From Armatimonadota bacterium (GTDB taxonomy: Bacteria; Vulcanimicrobiota; JACPDS01; JBDRKI01), in assembly GCA_043814095.1 (NCBI GenBank), contig JBDRKI010000127.1, forward strand, positions 1 to 27,802: 27,802 nt of DNA. Reading direction: 5' to 3'. Position numbers and translations under genes: made by a program. Below the pieces are notes generated by a model. It was given only the letters and a program-made list of their open reading frames with translations, was not told where the DNA came from and did no database searches. Of the stretch, positions 1-7,117 are shown in pieces. Position 1 is the first letter of the stretch; the number at the start of each line of letters is the position of its first letter.

Positions 1-141
1 CTATCCCATAAATAACCAGATATCAGAGATAAGATTTTGGCGCAGAGGCAAACTTATAGATGTCCAGAGAGTTAAAAATAGTGAATTACAGCTTGTGCAC
101 TTTTAATTCTTAAAGTGTGCACTTTTAAAATTTAACTAACA
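1..141 (+). mobile_element. Putative right end of an insertion sequence/transposon with a 5'-TGT terminus and two subterminal repeats
   Basis: The minus strand from 141 reads TGTTAGTT AAATTTTAAAAGTGCACACTTT AAGAATTAAAAGTGCACAAGCT. A perfect 13-bp repeat TGTGCACTTTTAA lies at 94-106 and 116-128 (22-bp period). Confidence 0.55.
2..106 (+). CDS. 3' end of a gene entering from the left edge, probably a transposase C-terminus
   Basis: Open frame from base 2 reads YPINNQISEIRFWRRGKLIDVQRVKNSELQLVHF, stopping at TAA 104-106. The stop lies inside a repeat-bearing, TGT-terminated end-like sequence. No catalytic motif is visible, so the product call is inference. Confidence 0.5.
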   Translation, partial: YPINNQISEIRFWRRGKLIDVQRVKNSELQLVHF

Positions 142-159
142 TGCTTTACCGGGAAAAAT

Positions 160-441
160 CTAAGCCGCCCGGGATTCAAGTTTTGTTATTCTTTGCTCAT
201 GATTAGTCAATACATTATTTGTTTTTTTTATTTCATGTTTTACTTCATCTATTTTAGTATCTATTTTTCTGTCTGAATAATCAAATCTGACTGCCATTTC
301 ATCCCTTAATTCTTTCGTATTGATATCGATTTTTTTATCTAATCTTTCAATTTTATTATCCAATACCTTATGGCCCTCAACAACAGTAGAGAGCTTGCTG
401 TTAATATCCTCAAGTATTACTTCAAAATGCTCTTTTTTCAT
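160..441 (-). CDS. Small coiled-coil hypothetical protein (93 aa)
   Basis: Heptad-like LDNKIERLDKKID, KIDTKIDEVK and HEQRITKLE segments. GAGG RBS and a good promoter upstream. Confidence 0.75.
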   Translation of the reverse strand: MKKEHFEVILEDINSKLSTVVEGHKVLDNKIERLDKKIDINTKELRDEMAVRFDYSDRKIDTKIDEVKHEIKKTNNVLTNHEQRITKLESRAA

Positions 442-468
442 GAATGCCTCTGAATATTTACTTTTTTA

Positions 469-497
469 ATTATAGCAAATTACATTACTTTTGTCTA
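469..497 (-). promoter_or_regulatory. Sigma70-type promoter of the 93-aa gene
   Basis: Minus strand TAGACA - 17 nt - TATAAT, with extended -10 (TGcTATAAT). Confidence 0.65.
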
Positions 498-1994
498 ATG
501 ATTGTTTTTTATGGTTTTTATTGCTTCTTTTGCTTCGGCTTTTATATTCCCGTATTCATCCCCTTTTTCTTTTATAATCTTTTCAAGACACGGGATAAGC
601 GGCTCGGCTGTTTTTCCTAATTTTTCCACTGCCCGGAGTGCCGACATAATTACGGCAGGATCGTCGCTTTCCAAAGCTTCTTTTATATAAGGGAGGGCTT
701 TGGATGAATCTGAATCTCCCAGCGTAATAATTATTGCCGAATATACTCTGGAATTACTTTCCTTTTTAAGTAATTTTACAAGGGCGGAAAATACATCATT
801 CCTGTCTTTTATTATCTCGCCCAACGCATGTACTGCCCATTCCCGCACCCTTGCGTCATCATCATTTAAAGCCTGCTTAAGATCCGCAGATGCTTTTAAT
901 ATGGCCCTTTTACCCATCTGGGCTAACGCGTAAGCACAATGTTTCCGCACCGCGCCTACTTTATCATTAAGAAGAAGCTCTCTAACATCTTCAAATGCCC
1001 CAACCGCATCTTTGCCTATATTCCCCAATCCGTCAGCGGCAGCTTCCCTTATTCTCCATTCTTTGCTTTTTAAATTTTTTCTAAGATACGGTACCGCGGG
1101 TTTACCTATATCTTTCAGTGCAAAACCTATCTGTACATTCAAATCCCTGTTGCCGTGTAAAGCTAACTTTAGAATATCGGGCACTGCCTCTGCCGAAGGA
1201 GCTCCGATTATTCCCAGAAAATAAACTGCTGATATACAGTCGGGATTTCCGTATTTCAGATATTCTCTAAGGTACGGAACTGCTTTTTTCCCGAAACTTT
1301 TAAAGGCTTTTTCCCGTGCTGTTGTCACATTATAATAAGGGAACTTATTGCTATCTATATCCATAAGCGTAGAAACAATCACTTTGTTAACTACGCCTAT
1401 TTTGCCCAGCGCCTCTATTTCCGAAGCTAAGGCTTCTGCACATTCTTTACGGTTAGAAATACTTTCGTCTTCTACTTTAAATAAATCCAGAATAACCGCT
1501 TTTACAATATCTTTAACCGCGGAATCCGCATATTTGCCTATACTGCCTAAAGTCTTCGCGGCATGAGCTCTGGTATACGGGTCGTCGCTTTTTAAATATT
1601 TTGCGATATAGGGAACAGCAGGCGCCGCTGATCTGCCCATTCTCTCGAACTGTTCAAGAGTCCAATCCGGAGAATCGTCTAATTTATCAATGAGTTCCTT
1701 AATCTCCCCCGTCATTTTAGGAAAATACCTTAAGCGGATATCCGCAATCTCATCCGGGGTCAGCTTATTATCTTTTTTGACATACGGTTCTAATATTTTA
1801 TATGCTTCTTTTTGTTCTGCTGCTTCCAGAAATTGATTTTTAGGATTCTTATCAATTTTTTTCGAAAACAAGTACTTTAAAGTTTTTCTATCTTTTATGC
1901 TAAGCTTTGATAGATTTAACTTTCTAACTTTTCCCCTATCATCTACCAACGGAATACTATTCTTTATGAGCACCTCATTTATTTTAAATGCCAT
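495..1994 (-). CDS. HEAT (PBS-lyase-type) repeat protein with N-terminal EF-hand-like domain (499 aa)
   Basis: Repeated motifs such as LKSDDPYTRAHAAKTLGSIG, LKSKEWRIREAAADGLGNIG and LNDDDARVREWAVHALGEI. GAGGAG RBS. Confidence 0.9.
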   Translation of the reverse strand: MAFKINEVLIKNSIPLVDDRGKVRKLNLSKLSIKDRKTLKYLFSKKIDKNPKNQFLEAAEQKEAYKILEPYVKKDNKLTPDEIADIRLRYFPKMTGEIKELIDKLDDSPDWTLEQFERMGRSAAPAVPYIAKYLKSDDPYTRAHAAKTLGSIGKYADSAVKDIVKAVILDLFKVEDESISNRKECAEALASEIEALGKIGVVNKVIVSTLMDIDSNKFPYYNVTTAREKAFKSFGKKAVPYLREYLKYGNPDCISAVYFLGIIGAPSAEAVPDILKLALHGNRDLNVQIGFALKDIGKPAVPYLRKNLKSKEWRIREAAADGLGNIGKDAVGAFEDVRELLLNDKVGAVRKHCAYALAQMGKRAILKASADLKQALNDDDARVREWAVHALGEIIKDRNDVFSALVKLLKKESNSRVYSAIIITLGDSDSSKALPYIKEALESDDPAVIMSALRAVEKLGKTAEPLIPCLEKIIKEKGDEYGNIKAEAKEAIKTIKNNH

Positions 1995-2033
1995 AAGCTC
2001 CTCTTTAATTAAGTCTAATATCTTATTGGATTG

Positions 2034-3239
2034 TTATTCCCCCATTTTTATTAAAGCATTTTTTATGCAGTCTTTTATATCACTATTATCAGTTGTTTTA
2101 TCTATCTGTTTAAGAATGGGAACTAAAGACCTGCCCGTCTTTCCAAGACAACCTGAAGCCGCAACAGCTTTCAAAAGAAGATGTTCATCTTCACTTTTCA
2201 GAGCCTGTTTTATATAAGGTATGGCTTTTACAGATTTCGTCTCTCCAAGAACATGGATTATATTAGCATATATATCCGGGTGTTTCTCTTTTTTAAGTGA
2301 ACTTATAAGGGCATTGACCACGTCCTTATCTTCTATTACGGTCTGCCTTAATGCATTTAGAACATGACCCCGCACTCTTGCATCTTTATCATTTAAGGAT
2401 TTTAAAAGATACGGCTTTGCCTGCTTTAATTTCAACCCGCCCAGCGAAGATGCGGCTTCCGCCCGCACCATTCCATTTTTATCTTTATCGAGAGCGGTTA
2501 TAAGGAAGGCTCCGGTCTTACCAGCATACTTTGACGGCATATCGCTCAGTGAATCAGCTGCCAAGCGGCGCATATACGGATCTCTATCATTCAACAATAT
2601 ACTGCCAAGATGATCTATTGATTGAGGACTTAAGTGTACCAGCATCTCTTCAATCTTATTATGGCTCAATGAAGTCGCCCTGCTCGGATTTAGATTGGCT
2701 GCCTTTTCAATTTTCACAAGTAAATACAGCATATTCCAAACAAGCTCTTTACTGGTCGCACCCATTTTTGCAACCGCTTCTAAAACAGAATCAGTCAGAT
2801 CTCCGTTCTGATCTCTGCGTATTATTTTTATAAATGCAGGAAGCGCAGGGGCAGCTGCCTGCCCGCAATCGCTTAATTCCCTGATTGCATCCTGACGACT
2901 TGCTTTGCTTTCATAAATATCAGATGCTATTTCAATATTTTTTTTGAATTCATCCGCACCTTTACCGTATCTTTTTGCAAAAAGTTTAGTTTTTACAATT
3001 TCAATATCCTTTAAGGTTAATTCTTTATCTAATAAATAAGGCTTAAAAGCTTTATAAAATTCTACTTGCTCACACTGCTCTAAAACACCGTTATCATTTC
3101 CATCAAAATAATTAATCATTAAAGAGCTTATCTTTTTCCCTGTTTCTTTATTGTTGAAGCTTATATATTTTGCTCTCCCCTCATTATTTAAAATAACAAA
3201 ACGCTTATTTTCCGGTATCTGTAAAATTTTAATTGCCAT
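2034..3239 (-). CDS. HEAT repeat protein with N-terminal EF-hand motif (401 aa), paralogue of 495..1994
   Basis: HEAT motifs (DRDPYMRRLAADSL, DKNGMVRAEAASSLG, LNDKDARVRGHVLNAL). Start moved to ATG 3239 because AGGAGG lies immediately upstream and the N-terminus then matches the paralogue (MAIKI vs MAFKI). Confidence 0.88.
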   Translation of the reverse strand: MAIKILQIPENKRFVILNNEGRAKYISFNNKETGKKISSLMINYFDGNDNGVLEQCEQVEFYKAFKPYLLDKELTLKDIEIVKTKLFAKRYGKGADEFKKNIEIASDIYESKASRQDAIRELSDCGQAAAPALPAFIKIIRRDQNGDLTDSVLEAVAKMGATSKELVWNMLYLLVKIEKAANLNPSRATSLSHNKIEEMLVHLSPQSIDHLGSILLNDRDPYMRRLAADSLSDMPSKYAGKTGAFLITALDKDKNGMVRAEAASSLGGLKLKQAKPYLLKSLNDKDARVRGHVLNALRQTVIEDKDVVNALISSLKKEKHPDIYANIIHVLGETKSVKAIPYIKQALKSEDEHLLLKAVAASGCLGKTGRSLVPILKQIDKTTDNSDIKDCIKNALIKMGE

Positions 3240-3318
3240 ATACGCCTCCTGTAATAAATTTAAATACAGCACAATTATAGCATAAGGAGATATGAAAAGT
3301 TGTTAACAAAATGTTAAC
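3237..3318 (-). promoter_or_regulatory. Conserved regulatory cassette, copy 1 (GTTAAC direct-repeat box, extended -10, RBS)
   Basis: Minus strand GTTAACATTTTGTTAACAACTTTTC (3318-3294), then CCTTATGcTATAAT (-10 at 3279-3274), then GGAGGCGTATATG. The first 25 bp are identical to 6494-6518. Confidence 0.85.
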
Positions 3319-3348
3319 TTTTTACCCCTTAAAACTCCCCTATAACAT

Positions 3349-3378
3349 AAAAAAGACAGCGGTTTTACGCTATCTTTT
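3349..3378 (-). terminator. Rho-independent terminator after hflX
   Basis: Minus strand AAAAGATAGCG-taaaac-CGCTGTCTTTTTT: stem with one U-G pair followed by a U-tract. Confidence 0.7.
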
Positions 3379-3400
3379 AAGAAATAATTATATTTTCTTG

Positions 3401-4519
3401 CTACCACCCGTTGCCTGAGATATCATCCATTATAAGGGCTTCTATATGGTTAAGAAGCCTTTTAAATCCTATCTTGGAAGAAGCCGATACAACAACACTC
3501 TCGGGTATCATTTTCCTTATCGCCCTTACCTTCATTTTATCTTCAACAAGATCAACCTTATTCAACACGTTTAAAACAGGCTTATTATCAGCGGCAAGAT
3601 CTGCCAAAATCTCATTAACCACCTGGTAATGTTTATACCAGTGGCTGTCCGATATATCCATAACATTTATTATCATATCGGCATACCTTGCCTCTTCCAG
3701 TGTTGATTTAAACGCCGCTACAAGCTCAACAGGCAGGTTTCTGATAAATCCCACGGTATCTACAAGAAGAAGTTCATGCCTCTGGGGAAGAGTAACTATC
3801 TTTGTCATGGGGTCTAATGTTGCGAACAATTTATCTTCAACAAGAGAGTTTGCGCCCGTTAATGTATTAAGAAGGGTTGATTTTCCCGCATTTGTGTAGC
3901 CCACTATGGCGGCTATCTTAAAGCCTCTTTTATGCCTGCCGGACCTTAAAAGCTCCCTGTGCTCTTCAACTTTTTTAAGCTCTTTCCTTAATGTGGCTAT
4001 CTTTTTATTAATATGCCTTTTATCCGTCTCAAGTTTTGTCTCACCGGGCCCCCTTGTTCCTATACCGCCTCCGAGACGGGATAGTATAACACCGTAACCC
4101 GTAAGACGGGGAAGAAGGTAATTTAACTGCGCCAGTTCAACCTGGATCTTACCTTCCCTTGATTTAGCGCGCATTGCGAATATATCAAGTATAAGGGCGT
4201 GCCTGTCAATTACTTTTTTATTTAACGCTTCCGAAATATTTCTTTCCTGTATGGGTTTCAGGTCATTTAAAAATATAATCAGGTTAACATCATATTCATA
4301 AACCAGCTGTTTCAACTGTTCAATCTTGCCCTTCCCTATAAAATACGCGGGATCGGGGCTTTCCCTTTTCTGCATAACCACTTCTGTCACTTGAGCGCCT
4401 GCGGAATAAGCAAGAAGTTCAAGCTCGGCAGTTAAATCATAAATCTGGTCCCTGTTTGAAGGAAGTTCAACCGCCACTAAAATGGCCCGTTCTTTTCTTT
4501 CCTTCTGTATGTTTATCAT
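3401..4519 (-). CDS. hflX: Ribosome-splitting GTPase HflX
   Basis: LILDIFAMRA, QVELAQL, GGGIGTRGPGETKLE, G1 GYTNAGKS, G2 LFATLD, G3 DTVGF, G4 NKVD. Confidence 0.97.
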   Translation of the reverse strand: MINIQKERKERAILVAVELPSNRDQIYDLTAELELLAYSAGAQVTEVVMQKRESPDPAYFIGKGKIEQLKQLVYEYDVNLIIFLNDLKPIQERNISEALNKKVIDRHALILDIFAMRAKSREGKIQVELAQLNYLLPRLTGYGVILSRLGGGIGTRGPGETKLETDKRHINKKIATLRKELKKVEEHRELLRSGRHKRGFKIAAIVGYTNAGKSTLLNTLTGANSLVEDKLFATLDPMTKIVTLPQRHELLLVDTVGFIRNLPVELVAAFKSTLEEARYADMIINVMDISDSHWYKHYQVVNEILADLAADNKPVLNVLNKVDLVEDKMKVRAIRKMIPESVVVSASSKIGFKRLLNHIEALIMDDISGNGW

Positions 4520-4650
4520 CTTTTTACTGATAAGGCATCACCTCATATCCCATATTCACTATATATAAAGGGTTATCCTTCACAAAAAAAGGAATTATAA
4601 TGCTCCTATGTAGAAACTTACCAACATTATAACCTTATATGAGGTGAATT

Positions 4651-5907
4651 ATGAAATTTGTAAGTATATTAGGACTTGTAATTATTCTCTTTATAGCTTT
4701 TCTATTGTGCGAAAACAAAAAGAAGATTAATTTTAAAGCTTTAATGTGGGGGCTTGTCCTGCAGCTTGCTTTTGCCCTTTTCATATTAAAAACCACTTTC
4801 GGGAAATGGATTTTTGAGTTTATAAATAAACTCGCAGTTAAGCTTCTGAATTTCACGACAGCAGGAGCATCTTTCATCTTCGGAAATCTCGTAACGGATA
4901 CAAAATCATTCGGGTTCATATTCGCATTCCAGGTGCTTCCCACGATAATATTTTTCGCGTCGCTCATGGGCGTGTTATATTATTTAGGCATTATGCAGTG
5001 GATAGTAAGAATATTCGCCATAGCCATGATTAAGCTCATGAAAACTTCCGGCATTGAATCATTAAACGCAGCTGCTAATATATTCATAGGCCAGACTGAA
5101 GCCCCTCTTTTGGTAAAACCTTATGTTTCAAAATCAACAAGATCAGAGCTTCTGGCAATTATGGTGGCAGGCATGGCTACCATAGCGGGCGGCGTAATGA
5201 TAGCGTATGTTGCAATGCTTAACGATTATGTGCCTGATATAGCAGGCCACCTTATGGCGGCATCCGTCATAAATGCCATAGGCGCCCTTATATTCACCCG
5301 CCTCATAATACCGGAGACCGAAGAACCCGAGACTCTCGGAAAAGTTAAGTTGGATGTTCCCAAAACAGACGCTAATGTTATTGATGCCGCCGCAAACGGC
5401 GCTTTTACAGGGCTTCATCTCGCGTTAAACGTGGGCGCCATGCTTCTTGCATTCATAGCTTTGATCGCTATGTGCAACTACGGGCTCCATCTTGTAGGAA
5501 TGGGTATAAATAAAATATTCAGCACTAACTTAAATTTAAGCCTCCAGTTAATATTCGGATACATATTCTCGCCATTCGCGTGGATTATAGGGATACCGTG
5601 GAAAGACTGTATACCGGTAGGAAATGTTCTCGGCATGAAGCTTATCATAAATGAATTTTTCGCGTACAGTGAATTCTCAATGATGCTTAAAAATTCAGTT
5701 TCTAAATTTGATGCAAGATCCCTTATTCTCGCTTCTTATGCATTATGCGGGTTTGCCAACTTCTCATCAATAGCGATACAGATAGGCGGTATAGGCGGTA
5801 TAGCACCATCAAGGAAACACGACCTTGCAAAACTGGGAATAAAGGCGCTCATTGCTGCAACCCTTACAAACCTTGCAACAGCGGCAATAGCTGGAATATT
5901 GATATAA
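4651..5907 (+). CDS. nupC: Concentrative nucleoside transporter (CNT/NupC family)
   Basis: FAFQVLPTIIFF, ANIFIGQTEAPL, GMATIAG, NEFFAY and YALCGFANFSSIAIQIGG signatures. Confidence 0.93.
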   Translation: MKFVSILGLVIILFIAFLLCENKKKINFKALMWGLVLQLAFALFILKTTFGKWIFEFINKLAVKLLNFTTAGASFIFGNLVTDTKSFGFIFAFQVLPTIIFFASLMGVLYYLGIMQWIVRIFAIAMIKLMKTSGIESLNAAANIFIGQTEAPLLVKPYVSKSTRSELLAIMVAGMATIAGGVMIAYVAMLNDYVPDIAGHLMAASVINAIGALIFTRLIIPETEEPETLGKVKLDVPKTDANVIDAAANGAFTGLHLALNVGAMLLAFIALIAMCNYGLHLVGMGINKIFSTNLNLSLQLIFGYIFSPFAWIIGIPWKDCIPVGNVLGMKLIINEFFAYSEFSMMLKNSVSKFDARSLILASYALCGFANFSSIAIQIGGIGGIAPSRKHDLAKLGIKALIAATLTNLATAAIAGILI

Positions 5908-5937
5908 AATATATCCGGCTAATTACTTAATATTTAA

Positions 5938-6192
5938 TTATTTATATATATCTCCGCGGGGTTTTATAAATATTATTTTTACAGTTTTTTTATCAATATC
6001 GACATCACAGATAAGCCTAAATCCACCTATAACAACCTTCCATTTTTCTTTTAATTGCCCGTAAAGCGGTTCTAGTAAGAGAAAAGGCCTCTCTTCCAGT
6101 TTTACAAAACATTTGAAAAAAGCTTTCTGAAGTTTTGGCGAAAGCTTTTTAAAATATTTTACAGGTTGTTTATCCAGTCTGACTTCAAACAT
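5938..6192 (-). CDS. Type II toxin, RelE/ParE superfamily
   Basis: 84-aa basic protein with WKVVIGGFRLI and C-terminal PRGDIYK. Overlaps the upstream antitoxin by 8 nt. Confidence 0.85.
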   Translation of the reverse strand: MFEVRLDKQPVKYFKKLSPKLQKAFFKCFVKLEERPFLLLEPLYGQLKEKWKVVIGGFRLICDVDIDKKTVKIIFIKPRGDIYK

Positions 6193-6412
6193 TCTTGAAG
6201 GCCTTTCTCCAAGGGACTCCCTTTGATTTCTTAGACTCTTTTAATGCCGTTCTGAATTCAGGATCGGCTAAAAGTTCAAGTTCTTCGGCATAATTTAAAA
6301 GAGCCGCCTCAATAACACTGTTTAAGCTTCTGTGCTGTCTATCGGCCAGTTCCTGGAACACCCTAAGAAGCTCCATCCCTAACCTTATATGAAGTGATGC
6401 TGATTTTGCCAT
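6185..6412 (-). CDS. Ribbon-helix-helix antitoxin (75 aa)
   Basis: Start moved to ATG 6412 (GAGGAGG RBS). SLHIRL strand followed by LQELADRQHRSLNSVIEAAL helices, and an ELELLADPEF tail typical of RelE-linked antitoxins. Confidence 0.85.
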   Translation of the reverse strand: MAKSASLHIRLGMELLRVFQELADRQHRSLNSVIEAALLNYAEELELLADPEFRTALKESKKSKGVPWRKAFKNV

Positions 6413-6435
6413 AAATACAACCTCCTCGCACTTAA

Positions 6436-6465
6436 ATTGTAGCACAAACGACCACAATATGTCAA
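6436..6465 (-). promoter_or_regulatory. Toxin-antitoxin promoter with overlapping inverted repeat (probable autoregulatory operator)
   Basis: Minus strand TTGACA - 18 nt - TACAAT with extended TG. Inverted repeat ATTGTAG (6436-6442) / CCACAAT (6452-6458), 6 of 7 matching. Confidence 0.7.
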
Positions 6466-6492
6466 ACAAAAAGAGACCCATAAGGTATAAAA

Positions 6493-6571
6493 TGTTAACA
6501 TTTTGTTAACAACTTTTCTCCCCCCTTATGTTATAATTTCCTTGCAAAACCTTATATCGGAGGCATATATG
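6493..6571 (+). promoter_or_regulatory. Conserved regulatory cassette, copy 2
   Basis: TGTTAACATTTTGTTAACAACTTTTC, then CCTTATGtTATAAT (-10 at 6532-6537), then GGAGGCATATATG. Confidence 0.85.
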
Positions 6572-7096
6572 AATATTTCATCGGCAAACATCAACCAGTC
6601 GGCAAAAACAATGTTTGGACCGCAGATCGTGATGACCCATCCGGCAGATTATATCGTAGAAGATAAAAAAATAAGAAAGCACGGTTTATACCACCTAATA
6701 TATGAGGTAACCGAACATCCCGAATGGTTTCCTGAAAATATTGTAACATCAGTAAATGAGCTCAGTTCCCTGCAGAAAAAACTCAACAGTAAGGTCAGGA
6801 TTATTTCAGACCTTAAGAAAATAAGAGAAGTTATAGACAATTCCAGTAAACCTAAATTGCTTGAAAAGGAACTGGGCAAAAAAGGCGTGGAAATATTTAT
6901 TTCCGAGAAAAAACTTTCTGATGAAATTAAACCTCTCTTAACCGAGAGAAAAGAGCTATTCGCGCAGATCAAAAAAGATTATTCACCGTGGTTTAAAGAA
7001 AAACAGGAAACCTTATCTATTATTGATAAGCAAAGCAGGTACTGGCTCACATTAGTGAATGTAAGCGGCTATATTGAATATTTAAATAAAAACTAA
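6569..7096 (+). CDS. Orphan hypothetical protein (175 aa), Lys/Glu-rich and helical
   Basis: Start moved to ATG 6569 on the basis of the GGAGG RBS. The TTG 6503 start lies inside the operator box. No recognisable motif. Confidence 0.75.
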   Translation: MNISSANINQSAKTMFGPQIVMTHPADYIVEDKKIRKHGLYHLIYEVTEHPEWFPENIVTSVNELSSLQKKLNSKVRIISDLKKIREVIDNSSKPKLLEKELGKKGVEIFISEKKLSDEIKPLLTERKELFAQIKKDYSPWFKEKQETLSIIDKQSRYWLTLVNVSGYIEYLNKN

Positions 7097-7117
7097 ACTT
7101 ATATGTTGAATTAAATT

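Noticed and set aside
94-128. Possible CRISPR repeat
   Set aside because: Only two 13-bp copies 9 bp apart, and no cas genes in the window.
130-156. dif/Xer-like site (ATTTAACTAA CATGCT TTACCGGGAAA)
   Set aside because: The XerD-like arm is one base short of ATTTAACATAA and the XerC-like arm is poor. The sequence is better explained as an element end plus flank.
495-3239. Phycobilin lyase (CpcE/F) assignment for the HEAT pair
   Set aside because: Only the generic repeat is shared. There are no phycobiliprotein genes nearby and both proteins carry an extra N-domain.
4538-4647. 11-bp inverted repeat ATATGAGGTGA flanking the hflX/nupC intergenic region
   Set aside because: Explained by the Shine-Dalgarno sequences of two divergent genes.
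3294-6518. The 25-bp inverted copies as ends of an invertible segment or transposon carrying hflX-nupC-TA
   Set aside because: No recombinase is enclosed, similarity continues outward into -10 and RBS elements, and a third copy exists elsewhere. A promoter role is more parsimonious, although inversion is not formally excluded.
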